Source: Takakia lepidozioides
Lineage: Eukaryota; Plantae; Bryophyta
Reading direction: 5' to 3'
NCBI GenBank assembly: GCA_030704615.1
Contig: CM060734.1
Location: 19,034,001 to 19,098,000 of the forward strand
Length of the DNA: 64,000 nt
Numbering within the stretch: position 1 is the first letter of the stretch; every line of letters begins with the position of its first letter. Below the pieces are notes generated by a model. It was not told where the DNA came from. It saw only the letters and a list, made by a program, of their open reading frames with translations, and searched no databases. The translations under genes and the position numbers were made by a program. Positions 1 to 11,614 of this stretch are shown here, piece after piece.

Positions 1-558
1 TACGGTTTCGTCAGTTTGAGGTTTGTTGGGACGTTCTTGCCGTTCTGGGAGGTAATAATAAGTCTGTTTCTTGGTCTATTCCTTTCTTGCACTGATGAGA
101 GGAGCTTCTCCTTGAGGGGCTGCTGAAAAGCATTCCAATTTGCACTTCACTGTTGTTTTCTGCAATTTACTCTCCTTCAAAATTCCAGAATACTTGACTG
201 TCTTGTCAACTACCGGAAGTACATTACCCAATAGACTGAATGTTTGAGCTAGTTCAAAGTTCAAACACAACAAAGAGGGATATTATTACTATTCTCATTT
301 TTGCAAGAGGGGACAGAGGCCCTGGACAAGTATGTTTTTATTGTGTGGGACCTTCTAGGGCCTCTCCCAAAAGAAACTATTTACGTCCGATCTATGAAAG
401 AATAGATCCCCTTGACATGTTCACTGAAAAATCATATAGGTCAATCAAAAGAAGAAGATGATCTCTATTGCACATCCAATGCAGCACAACTTGGAGAGCA
501 ACTCCACTGTAAAGCAAAATGCAGACCTCTCGTTTTCACTACTCATTTTAGAAAATTG

Positions 559-786
559 TTATCTCAATAGCTTCGTGTGACTCTTCATCAACTCTTTTCT
601 ATGTTCCTCCGCACTGAACATTCTGGAAACGAATCTCTGATGCAATGGAACACGGGGAGTGGAGAAGTTGTCACTGTCCGGCCTGTGCGAGTCCGCATCC
701 GAACCAGGAGGGGTGTTCAATTTCTGTTTACAAGAGCCGAATCTCTCCTCGCCCTCCAGATGCGGAACTCTGGACACCAGAGGAGT
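559..786 (-). pseudogene. 3' part of an interrupted transposase-like ORF (target of retroelement copy 1)
   Basis: Reads TPLVSRVPHLEGEERFGSCKQKLNTPPGSDADSHRPD. It joins in frame with the ORF at 8742-9162 (...SICAEG-T-PLV...) when 787-8741 and one TSD copy are removed. The transposase identity is inferred. Confidence 0.55.
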
Positions 787-1113
787 TGTCAAGTTATTTC
801 ACCACTAGTGTGAAACTAGCTAGAAAATAGCTAGCTTTTACATATTGACATTTGGGATTGGCCCAAGTGTCAATCCAGGGATCAAGGTAAATTTAGGCCC
901 TGGAGTGGTTATCTTCACGGCAAGCGCGGGAGGCCCATCTTTCTCGAGTTGAGCCTCACCGCGCCTAGCTATGGCGCCGTAGTGTGGATTCCCCATTGAT
1001 TGGGGTGGACTTGGCTTAACTTGTATTTGAGTGATGAGGTTATATATGCATGAGTTTATGCTTCAGCTTTGTGAGCTCGCATGAGCTTGTGCTTGTATTC
1101 TTCTTCTTTATCA
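787..1113 (+). repeat. terminal repeat A1
   Basis: Direct repeat of 8260-8584 (TGTCAAG...TTCTTCTTTATCA); similarity stops at 1113. Confidence 0.9.
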
Positions 1114-2009
1114 CTCGAGAAAGATGAGCTCGTATCTGTGAGTGCCAGATACGAGTTAGTTGTAGCACTTGTGGGAGAGAAACCAGGTTGTTATGCAAAG
1201 AGCACCGTGGAGTTCTTGGTTGTTAGGAGCGGAGGCGATGTGGGTTACAAGGTGGTAGACCTTGGCATTCGAGCTTCAGCTTCAGAGATGAAAGCACCAT
1301 GCTGCAGGTAATTCCAGAGCACCTTGATGGTTTCAGATTGTGTACATGCATGATGAGCAAGCACGATTGGGAAGAGGATCAGTCAAGAGCAGGTTATAGT
1401 GACTTTGGTGGCAAAGCTGAGAACTGGCCTTGGGAATGCGAGCTTTCATTGTGTGAAGGATTGCAAGACCAAGTGCATGTGTGGAGCATGCATTCAGCCT
1501 AGTTAGGCCTCCATCTTTAAGCTTTGGAAAGCTAGAAGAGAAGGTAAGGGGCTGATCTGCTCTTATGTGACAGTCCGACACTTGTAGAGCGTGTTCTGAG
1601 TTGGGGTTTCAACTACAAGCCTAGATAGAGCATGGCTCTTGAAATGGCAGGTGTAGGGGGCTGGAATAGGCTCTAAGACACATTCTATGGCCAAGGAGAG
1701 CGCATGAATAAGTGCTCACAAGGGCTGGAAACCAGCAAGGCTCGGTTGTTTGCCATTGAGTTGAGTGACGGGTTTTGGGATCTAAGTGAGAAAGAGGGCT
1801 TGGATTGTGGCAAACATCTTCCTCATGACTTGGAGCTATTATTGGTAGTGTGTGGGAGCCGAAGAGAGAAAGAATACCTTGCTGATTTCCTCACAGCCGC
1901 CATAGCTCGGTGCAAAAAAAGCTTAGAATTCAAGGAAATACTAACCCTAGCTTGGTGTGGCTAAACCCCTTTGGAGAAATGGCTAAACTGCCATGAGCAG
2001 CCATGGATG

Positions 2010-2780
2010 CAGCTGTGATGGGCTGTGTGGCCTTTGGGACTCTGACGGGCTGTGACGGCTGTGGCATGTGGGGCTGTGACAGGCTGTGATGGCTGTGGCC
2101 TGTGGGGCTGTGATAGGCTGTGATGGGCTGTGGCCTGTGGGGTTGTGATGGGCTGTGACCCTGTGACCTGTGTAGGCTGTGACCTGTGGCCTGAGGGGCT
2201 GTGATGGGCTGTGACAGGTGGCCCGTGGGGCTGTGACTGGCTGTGATAGGCTGTGACGGGCTGTGATCTGTGGCCTGTGGGGCTGTGACAGGCTGTGGCC
2301 TGTGATGTTGTGACCCTGTCACCTGTGTAGGGCTGTGACAGACTGTGATCTGTGGCCTGTGGGGACGGGCTGTGACCCTGTGACCTGTGTAGGGCTGTGA
2401 TGGGCTGTGATGGGTTGTGACGGACTGTGACAGGTTGTGATGGGCTGTGACAGGCTGTGCCCTGTGGCCTTTGGGCTGTGACAGGCTGTGACAGGCTGTG
2501 ACCTGTGGCCTATGGGGCTGTGATGGGCTGTGATAAGCTGTGCCCTATGGCCTTTGGGGCTGTGACAGGCTGTGGCCTGAGGGGCTGTGATGTGCTGTGA
2601 CCTGTGGCCTATGGGGCTATGACGGGTTGTGACAGGCTGTGGCCTGTGGGGCTGTGATGGCCTGTGTGGGGCTGTGACGGACTATGACAGGCTGTGGCCT
2701 GTGGGGCTGTGGGGCTGTGACGGGCAGTGACCGGTTGTGATGGGTGTTGGGCTGTGGGGCTGTGATGGCTGTGACCTGTG
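2010..2780 (+). repeat. GGCTGTGA/GGCCTGTG degenerate minisatellite in the element's 5' leader
   Basis: Dozens of ~9-10 bp units; a homologous array is at 11615-12145. Confidence 0.9.
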
Positions 2781-3727
2781 ATCTGTGTGGGCCTGTGCTG
2801 GTTTGTGGTGGCCCGTGTTGACCTGTGGATGGCCTGTGCTGACTCGTGGAGGCACTGGTGGACTGCCTGGGGACTAGCATGTGGTCTTGAAGGCCAAATT
2901 TCGAAGCTCGTGGAGGGCGGTTTGAGGAGTATCTTCATGATATTCCCATGGTCATGCAAGTGAGGGAAGAGAGGAGAGGAAGAGTGTTGGGATGAGGGCA
3001 TGTTGGGGTTAGGCATTGCTTTAGCTTCTCTTCCTCGTAGTTTTCCACCCTCTCATTAGGCCAAGACCTTTCCGTAGGTGGAGGCAAGAGTCAGTCCGGG
3101 TTTGGGCTGGGGTGTCCTTGCAGGAGCAACACCGTGGAGTTGTTTTTAGTGTGGGGGAGTTGTCGTTCTGATTTCTTGTGTTTGGATCCTCCCATACCTG
3201 CATGCTTGATTGTGCGCCATGTTAGTTTTGTGTGGGCGCTTGTTTTTATAGGTGATTGGTCCGGATTTGATCACCGGCCAGTCCTAGAGCATGCTGTCGA
3301 TGGTGAGGCTAGGGTGATGACCAGTCAGACCATCTTTTTTTATCATATGGTGAGGTTGGAGGTGGTGACCAGCCAACCATAGGAGTGCTTGCGGTGGATG
3401 CAGGTACAGGTGCAGGCTTTGTTAGGAACCTAGCATTCCAAACCATAAGCCGCAACAGGTTCTCTACCCGGTTACCTTGTGGAGAGGGGGTTAGGGACAT
3501 GTTCATGACCGGTTGAGTGTCAGTTTGTCAACACGGAGGTGCCACTAATTGCTGGGGAGAGTGTCGGTTCGAGCACTAGCGATATTAGTGGGTACACGAG
3601 ATGAGGTGTGCGGTTTAGGCCACCTCCACCTCCTGTGTCTTCTACGGAAGGTTCTGATTCCGATTGTGAATCAGGAGGACTCACACCAGCGGTGCAAGTT
3701 GTTTCCTTGCCATTGTTGTGGGACACA

Positions 3728-5450
3728 ATGGAGGAGATGCATGGAGCTACCAAGGGGCTACGTAGGTACTCTGGAGCAGTGGGCACCATTGAGCTGGATG
3801 ATTTTATCCAAGAGTTTGATAGTTGGTAGCAAATGCGCAATCCACAACTATTTACGTCTTTCATGGCATGGAAGGGGTTGTTTCAGTACCTTGAAGGGCC
3901 GCCCATGGATGATTACCATGAGTTCAGGCGGGGGCATGAGGTTGAGATCGATGAGTGAAAGATGTACTGGTCACCCGACTATGTCTCCATCACTAGGGAC
4001 ACTAGAGCCACGAGGGCAGTGGCTACACCTGCAGCTGCACCGTCAGCTTCAACAAGCAGTAGTGGGACTAGTGGGACTAGTGGTACCGTAGCTACAACGT
4101 CGACCCAAGCCACTGCCGCACAAACACCAGTACCCGTGCCTGCCTTCAACCCTGTTGTGGAATTCTTCGAAGAGTTGAGAGGGAACTACCAAGGGGTGAG
4201 GACAGAGAAGTTGCGGAGCTTGCAAGAGTTCAAACGGAAGCCGACTGAGAGCTTGAGGGAGGCTTTCACTCGCATGAGGCGCTTGATAAATGTAACCCAA
4301 GGGGTTACGGAAGCTCAGGCAGTCCAATTCTGGTATGGGATATTGGACAAGGAGCTGAGGAGAAGGGTGCAGGATGCAACTCTCCTACAAGCGGCCCAAC
4401 CCACCTTAGCAAATGTGTTTTTGCTGGCAGAGCGGATAGAGCTCAACATGGTGGAGGAACGAATGGTCATGGTGGGATTTGCTAAGGAGACACCACGGGG
4501 TAGTGGTGCTCCTAGCCAACCACTACCTCAACGTGCTCAAGGCAACAAGGGGACTCATGTGAAGCCCAAGGAAGGACAGAGAGGACCTCAGATGCAGGGG
4601 TCTCTCCCTTCATTTGCAGGCCAACAACGGCGGAGGTGGTGTGTTGGACATGTGGAGGACCCCATGTCCAGAAGGATTGCCCAGAAGGAGGCAAAAGGCT
4701 GGCACATGCACAGCCTGCACAGTTGCAGTGTGGACATTGTGGCAAGCATGGGCATGGAGAGGCCCAGTGTTATGGTTTTGCATCCTGAGTTGCGCCCAGG
4801 CCAGTTCTAAGGGAACAATGGTGGCTGGGGGCGAGGTGGAGCAGCCCAGAGAGGACGAGGTGCAGGCCAAGGGCAAGCTCAACATGGCCAAGGACGCTGA
4901 GGTCAAGGTGTTGACCAAGGCATGGCCAACCGGCTTCAGCAGCTAGAGCAGAGGCTCGCTGCCATGGCTACAGCTCAAGTGGTACCGGCTCCAAGGCCGG
5001 ATGGTCCACCTCCGGTTCCTGAGGGAGGAGATATGGGAGGCATGGGATTCATGTGCGGGGCAGCACTACCACTAGTGCAAGTGGCGGCGGCGGCAGTGAC
5101 CCGAGGAGCAGCACGAGTTCCTGAGCCATAAGGTGCAGAGGTGGAGTTGGATCCACAGCATGGGGAGGCAAGCCGTCAAGCTAGGCTGCCTCAATCATTC
5201 ACATTGGCGGAGACAGTATCGACGCCATCCATGGTACCTAGTTCTCGCCTGACTGCTACCGAGGCGGAGATTACTGTGCCATTGGGGAGAGCCACACGGG
5301 CAGCACCACTACCTGCTGCCTTGGCTACGGCAGCTAGTGTGCTGATGGGGGCGGCAACATCTATGTGCCAGGCTCCATTGTTCTCGGCTACCATGATTGC
5401 GATGTCGGGGGTACAAAACTAGCTGAGGTGTTCAGACTGGCAGCTACACT
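3728..5450 (+). pseudogene. gag: gag with two zinc knuckles (copy 1), disrupted
   Basis: MEEMHGATKG...DFIQEFDSW; capsid-like EFKRKPTESLREAFTRMRRL; knuckles WTCGGPHVQKDC and CGHCGKHGHGEAQC at ~4640-4770; stops and frameshifts. Confidence 0.8.
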
Positions 5451-5580
5451 CTATATCTTGAGTCCTCATCTGAATCAAAGACCTCTCCATGTTACTGTAT
5501 CGGTAGCTGAGACCTGGGCGTGCAACAGGTGCAGGTTTGGGGGGCACGACAATGTCAGATTTCAGTATCAGAGAAGCTGT

Positions 5581-7819
5581 AGGTAGAGCCATTACACAAA
5601 TTCCACGCCCCACGGATGTGAGCCGAGTTTGAGCTTTCATGGGGTTAGCAAACTACTATAGATGGTTTGTCAAGGGATTTAGTGCTATCGCAAAGGCTCT
5701 AACCAAGCTGACTTGGAAGGTGGACCAGGAGTGGCAGTGGGAAGATGAGCAGGAACGAGTTTTTCAAGAGCTCAAGGCGAGGTTGACCTCGGCGCCTATC
5801 CTGAGACGACCCATCAGGGGGCGTCCCTTTCAGCTGCATACAGATTGGAGCATGCTGGGGCTTGGAGCGGTGCTCACACAGGTGGATGATGAGGGAAGAG
5901 AGTTCGTAGTGGCTTATGCTAGCCGCTCGAACAACGCTGCAGAGGCTAAGTACAGCTCATATGAGGGAGAGTGCTTAGCTGCAGTGTGAGCCGTGGCACA
6001 CTTCAGGTGCTATCTATATGGCAATCTCTTCACCCTTGTCACGGATCACCAGCCACTCAAGTGGTTGATGGAGTCAGACAAGCTTACGGGGAAGCTTGCA
6101 CGGTAGGCACTCATACTCCAGGAGTATGTCTTTCAGGTTGTGCATCAACCGGGTTTGGTCAATCGGGATGCGGATGGATTGAGTCACAATCCATGCATGA
6201 GCCAGCAGGATGACACTGGAGCTCGGTGGCATGGTGAGACGGACGAGGAGATGGTGCCGAGATGGCACGCATCTACATTTTTGTGTATTTTGGCAGCGGA
6301 ATGTCAGATTGAACCTACAATAAGGATGACTATAGACGGAGTGTCTGAGGACCCTGAGGTTAGTGACAAGCCATGTGGTGCCAGAGATATACATGAGGAT
6401 TCGGCTGTGTTGGACTACCTCCGTACTGGAGATACGGCAGCCACTGTGACTGCCAAGGAGAGGGATCGGATCCTTCAACGAGCCAAGAGGTTCAAGTGGG
6501 AGGGGATACACCTGCTCCGAGTGTGGGAGGATGGTCGGGTGAGGATTGTGCCTCACCCAACACAACGTGCACGGTTAGTGCGGCATGCCCATGTGGAGTT
6601 AGGGCATTTTGGAGTGCGACACACACACAATTTACTGCAGGGGCAGTATTGGTGGCATGGTATGCATATAGAGGTGCAACGGTTCGTGGCTAGGTGCATG
6701 GTGTGTGACAAGGTGCGTGTTTCATTCAACACCCTACACCACAGTTGAATCCTTTACCAATCATGGGATTGGGCTACAGGTGGAGTCTTGACTTCGCAGG
6801 ACCGTTGCCATTGACTATGCGTCACCACAGATATGTGTTGGTGATGGTGGAGCACTTCCCCAAGTGGATTGAGTTGGTTCCATTGCCTAACAAGGCTAGT
6901 GAGGGGGTTGCGTATGCATTCTTGGATCATGTGCTTAGCCGATTCGGTGCTCCAGCTGAGGTACTCACGGACCAAGGGAGAGAGTTCTTAGGGGAGTTTC
7001 AAGCTTTGTGTGATAAAGCCTTGATAGACCACCGCACCACTTCTCGGGATCATCCTGAGGCCAATGGCTTGGCAGAGAGAGTTGTTCAGACGGTGAAGAG
7101 GGGTTTGCGCAATTATGGCTTGCAGAAGGGACACCTAGGAGATTGGGATCTTTAGGTACCTTGGTTAGCCATGGGCTACCGGTTCAGCAAGCAAGCATCA
7201 CTTGCCTCCTTCTCACCATATTTTCTTCTTTTTGGCCCAAAGCCGGATTTGCCTGCAGCCATTCCTAGGGACACTGCTCAAGTTTTTAACCTTGACGATC
7301 CAGACGTGTGGGTACGTGCATGTGATCAGCGTGTGCAGAGTTGTTCAAGAAAGTCATGCCCATGGCTTTTGAGAACATTGCCATTGCACAGCACCGTGAT
7401 ACGTTGAGGTATGCCACTATATGTGGTGGAGGATATCGTCTTGGGGTTCGGAGGTTTAGCCCAGGTGACTATGTTTATTTGCAACAGACTGCTCCTACAA
7501 CCCTGAATGTCACTGCAGGGCAGGTTATTCTGAGGGTTCGAGAGGTGTTCCCCTCAGGAATCCTGATCTTGGAGGGTCGAGATGGCATGATTTGGAAAGA
7601 CCATGTGCGTAATTGTGCGCCATGTCACCTTCCCAATGTCGATGGCAAAGTTGACCCAAACTTGGCAGTGGTATCTACAGGTTTGAGGTGCATGCTCTGT
7701 GGGTCTGCCAAAGGGGCAGCCACCATGCTGGTGTGTGATCGATGCTCAAGAGGTTGGCACATGGGATGCTTGACACCACCTCTTGAGGAGATTGGTTGTG
7801 TCCACACTGCTTGGGATAG
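5581..7819 (+). pseudogene. pol: RT C-terminus, RNase H, integrase and PHD finger (copy 1), disrupted
   Basis: FMGLANYY; LHTDWSMLGLGAVL; HHCC (HAHVELGH...CMVC); WSLDFAG / LTDQGREF / GLAERVVQ; CMLC...VCDRC...WHMGC. Confidence 0.9.
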
Positions 7820-8078
7820 TGGCAGTGGACTTGATTAGAGGCAGCTAACAAGACATGGGAGGCCAAGCTCATATGAGTCAATACATGAGAACCCAGGCTC
7901 AAGTTCACAGGTTGCAAGATGGCGACTAACGATGGGGCAACTCTTGCACCTGGCCTCTTGATCTATCGAGTTTGAGTGTAGTAGGGACAATGGTGGAGGA
8001 CTTAGTGAGGCTACGGTCACTATCACATCTTGTGGCTACCTGGACTTAGAGGGACCTAAGCACCAGCCAGAAGGGCGA

Positions 8079-8257
8079 TTGTGGTGGACTAGCGACTGCC
8101 ATAGTGGGCAGCCTAGCGACTGACTAGTGGCAGCCTAGTGGTTGGACTAGAGGCTGGTCTAGTGGTGGACTAGTGGTATACTAGTGTGTAGTGTGTACAT
8201 GTGTTGTGTGGTTTTGGATAGCGATGTAGTTGTGTAGCGATATGTATGCGCACGACA
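8079..8257 (+). repeat. terminal repeat B1 (internal copy)
   Basis: TTGTGGTGGACTAG...GCACGACA; repeated at 8585-8741; rich in GGACTAGT units. Confidence 0.9.
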
Positions 8258-8259
8258 GC

Positions 8260-8584
8260 TGTCAAGTTTCACCACTAGTGTGAAACTAGCTAGGAAATAG
8301 CTAGCTTTTACATATTGACATTTGGGATTGGCCCAAGTGTCAAATCCAGGGGTCAATGCAGATATAGTCCCTGGAGTGGTTATCTTCACGGCAAGCGCAT
8401 GAGGCTCATCTTTCTCGAGTTGAGCCTCACCGCGCCTAGCTATGGCGCCGTCGTGTGGATTCCCCATGGTGTGGGGTGCACTTGGCTTGACTTGCATTTG
8501 AGTGATGAGGTTATATATGCATGAGTTTATGCTTCAGCTTTGTAAGCTCGCATGAGCTTGTGCTTGTATTCTTCTTCTTTATCA
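8260..8584 (+). repeat. terminal repeat A2
   Basis: Copy of 787-1113, separated from B1 by only GC. Confidence 0.9.
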
Positions 8585-8741
8585 TTGTGGTGGACTAGTG
8601 ACTGCCATAGTGGGCAGCCTAGTGGTTGGACTAGTGGCTGGACTAGTGGTGGACTAGTGGTATACTAGTGTGTGGTGTGCACATGTGTTGTGTGGTTTTG
8701 GACAGCGATGTAGTTATGTAGCAATATGTATACGCACGGCA
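8585..8741 (+). repeat. terminal repeat B2 (element 3' end)
   Basis: Copy of 8079-8257, ends in CA, followed by the TSD. Confidence 0.9.
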
Positions 8742-9162
8742 AAGTTCCCTCCGCACATATGCTGACAGCCCTGGCTATCTTGTTGGGATCCCCCGATCTT
8801 CTTGTAGCTTGTAACATCAACTCAGACTTGTCGGGACCATTGCCACCAACGCCACCCCGCAAGAACTCCCGGTATCTCATTTGTTGTTGTAGAGCTCGTA
8901 TTTGATCAACTCCCCGTCGATACCGTAAACCTCTTTTGAGGAAGACAGTGCCAATCTGGTACTCGAAACGTGTTGCTAGGAGATGTTCCTCCGCAATTGC
9001 AAAACCATTGTCATCGGCATCCTTCAAGAAATGGACAGGTTTCTCGACAGAGTAAAACTCCGCTTCAGAGGAACCCATGCTGGTGCACGAGAAATTCTGA
9101 GCCACTGGAAGCCTCAAAGTGCATAGTCCCACGACTTGTGTGTGGATTCTTGTTACAAACAA
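8742..9162 (-). pseudogene. 5' part of the interrupted transposase-like ORF
   Basis: QIRALQQQMRYREFLRGGVGGNGPDKSELMLQATRRSGDPNKIARAVSICAEGT; continues at 786. Confidence 0.5.
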
Positions 9163-9332
9163 CAGTGGGGATTACATTTCTACGCCGTTAGAGTTCGCAC
9201 CGATACTAACAAGGCCCTCATATCATCGTCTCTATGTCCCAAACCGTTAATATGGAAGGTTGAGCCTAAACCCAGATATTGGAAAAGCTGACATATCATT
9301 AAAGAGTCTTCCAAAAACAGTTTTTAAGCAGT

Positions 9333-10824
9333 TGTCGTGCGCTTACATATCGCTACACAACTACATTGCTATCCAAAACCACATAACACATGTGCATACC
9401 ACACACTAGTATACCACTAGTCCACCACTAGTCCAGCCACTAGTCCAACCACTAGGCTACAACTAGTCAGTCACTAGGCTGCCACTATGCTGCCCACTAT
9501 GGCAGTCACTAGTCCACACAATGATAAAGAAGATGAATACAAACATAATCTCATGCATATATAACCTCATCACTCAAATACAAGTCAAGCCAAGTGCACC
9601 CCACGCCATGGGGAATCCACACTACGGCTCCATAGCTAGGCACGGTGAGGCTCAACTCGAGAAAGATGAGCCTCCCGCGCTTGCCGTGAAGATAACCACT
9701 CCAGGGCCTAAATCTGAGTGTAGTAGGGACAATGGTGGAGGACTTAGTGAGGCTATGATCACTATCACATCTTGTGGCTACCTGGACTTAGAGGGACCTA
9801 AGCACCAGCTAGGGTGGCGATTGTGTGGACTAGTGACTGCCATAGTGGGCAGCATAGTGGCAGCCTAGTGACTGACTAGTTGTAGCCTAGTGGTTGGACT
9901 AGCGGTTGGACTAGTGGTGGACAAGTGGTATACTAGTGTGTGGTGTGCACATGTGTTGTGTGGTTTTGGACAGCGATGTAGTTGTGTAGCAATATGTATG
10001 CGCACGACAGCTGTCAAGTTATTTTACCACTAAGGTATTCTTGCTCTTTCGGCTCCCACACACCACCAATAGTAGCCTTAAGCCATGAGGGAGACGGTTG
10101 CCACAAACCAAGCCTTCTTTCTCACTTAGACTCCCCAAACCCGCCACTAAATTCAATGGCAAACAACCAAGCCTTGCTGGTTTCCAGCCCTTGTGAGCAC
10201 TCATTCAAGCATTTTCCTTGGCCATAGCATCTGTCTTAGAGCCTATTCTAGCCTTCTACATCTGTCACTTCAAGAGCCATGCTTTATCTAAAACCATCAA
10301 GGTGCTCTAGAATTACCTGCAGCATGGTGCTTTCATCTCTGAAGCTGAAATCGAATGCCAAGGTCTACTACCACCTCTAACCCACCCATCGCCTCCGCTT
10401 CTAACAACCAAGGGCTCCATGGTGCTCCTTGCATAACAACCTGGTTTCTCTCATTCTCAAACAAAAACCACAAGTGCTACAACTAACTCGTATCTGGCAC
10501 TCACAGATACGAGCTCATCTTTCTCGAGTGATAAAGAAGATGAATACAAACATAATCTCATGCATATATAACCTCATCACTCAAATACAAGTCAAGCCAA
10601 GTGCACCCCACGCCATGGGGAATCCACACTACGGCGCCATAGCTAGGCGCAGTGAGGCTCAACTCGAGAAAAATGAGCCTCCCGCGCTTGCCATGAAGAT
10701 AAACACTCCAGGGCCTAAATCTGCCTTGACCCCTGGATTGACACTTGGGCCAATACCAAATGTCAATATGTAAAAGCTAGCTATTTCCTAGCTAGTTTCA
10801 CACTAGTGGTAAAATAACTTGACA
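9333..10824 (-). mobile_element. ends-only piece of retroelement copy 2 (A1, 5' leader, inverted B1/A2 junction segment, A2, B2)
   Basis: TGTCGTGC at 9333 and CTTGACA at 10824, flanked by a perfect CAGT TSD (9329-9332, 10825-10828). A1' 10529-10824, A2' 9522-9716, B2' 9333-9521; 9713-10032 is inverted. Confidence 0.9.
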
Positions 10825-11614
10825 CAGTTATATGCCTGTACCGACCCAAGTGAAAAGACGGTGGAGACGAAAGTATTGGAATCCAATGTCATCCCAACTT
10901 GTTGAGGCACGTGGAACCCGACAATGCCGCTACCAACCAAGGGATTGCCCTGTGCCTTCCTGGCCTAGCCAACATCCTTCGTGCCGAACTCAAGGCCATA
11001 TGCAATATTGAGTGCAGGGTTGCAAAAAATTCGGCGGAAAACCAATGATACATGGCATGTTGTGCCACATAGGAAGATTTCGAACCGGGAAAAAACGGCA
11101 AAAGCTAGCCTAATAACTCATCCATCCAAATCAAATCTATCACCAAACAATAGTACTACTAATGGCCATACCTAACTAGTTCAAGACGGCGGCCACTTCC
11201 AAAAGGACAAATGTGCCTTTGCGAGGTGGACACGTATGCCGTGAACACATGCATAACCACTGAGATTGAGGCCCCCGCTGGTACTAATCGCACGATGTCT
11301 CGCAGCCCCGTAGTTCGTGATTTTCAAGCTGGAGAAGTGCAGGAGACTGAGTTCCCCCAGCAACGAGTGGAAACGTAGAAGATAGTCTTTCTTTTTCACT
11401 TCAGCGAGAGACAAGAAGAAGGTGAGAGAGAGAATGAGAGGTCGCAAGCTCAACATGACGCTAAAGGAGATAACAGAGAAGAGTGCGGCTTTCTTCACAG
11501 CCGCCATAGCTCGGTGCAAAGAAGCCTAGAGTCCAAGAGACACAAACCCTAGCCCTGCTGCATGGCTAAACCTTGGAGAACTTGCTAAACTGCCATGAGT
11601 GGCCATGGATGGGT

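Larger units (their letters stand above)
787..8741 (+). mobile_element. Ty3/Gypsy-like retroelement copy 1 with split direct repeats (A1...B1-gc-A2-B2), internally deleted
   Basis: Starts TGTCAAG (787) and ends GCACGGCA (8741). 4-bp TSD GAGT/AAGT (one mismatch). Gag, RNase H, integrase and PHD motifs inside. Removing it restores the flanking reading frame. Confidence 0.9.

Noticed and set aside
2010-2780. CRISPR-like or telomeric array
   Set aside because: Degenerate short units without unique spacers, in a eukaryotic TE context; not TTTAGGG.
1930-3016. His/Ser/Pro/Gln-rich minus-strand ORFs (also 11585-12300)
   Set aside because: They are translations of the minisatellite; frames are not conserved between copies.
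8260-8741. A2+B2 read as a conventional 3' LTR or solo LTR
   Set aside because: The 5' end lacks B, and an extra B precedes A2. The same layout is present in the second insertion, and the TSDs bracket the whole A...BAB unit.
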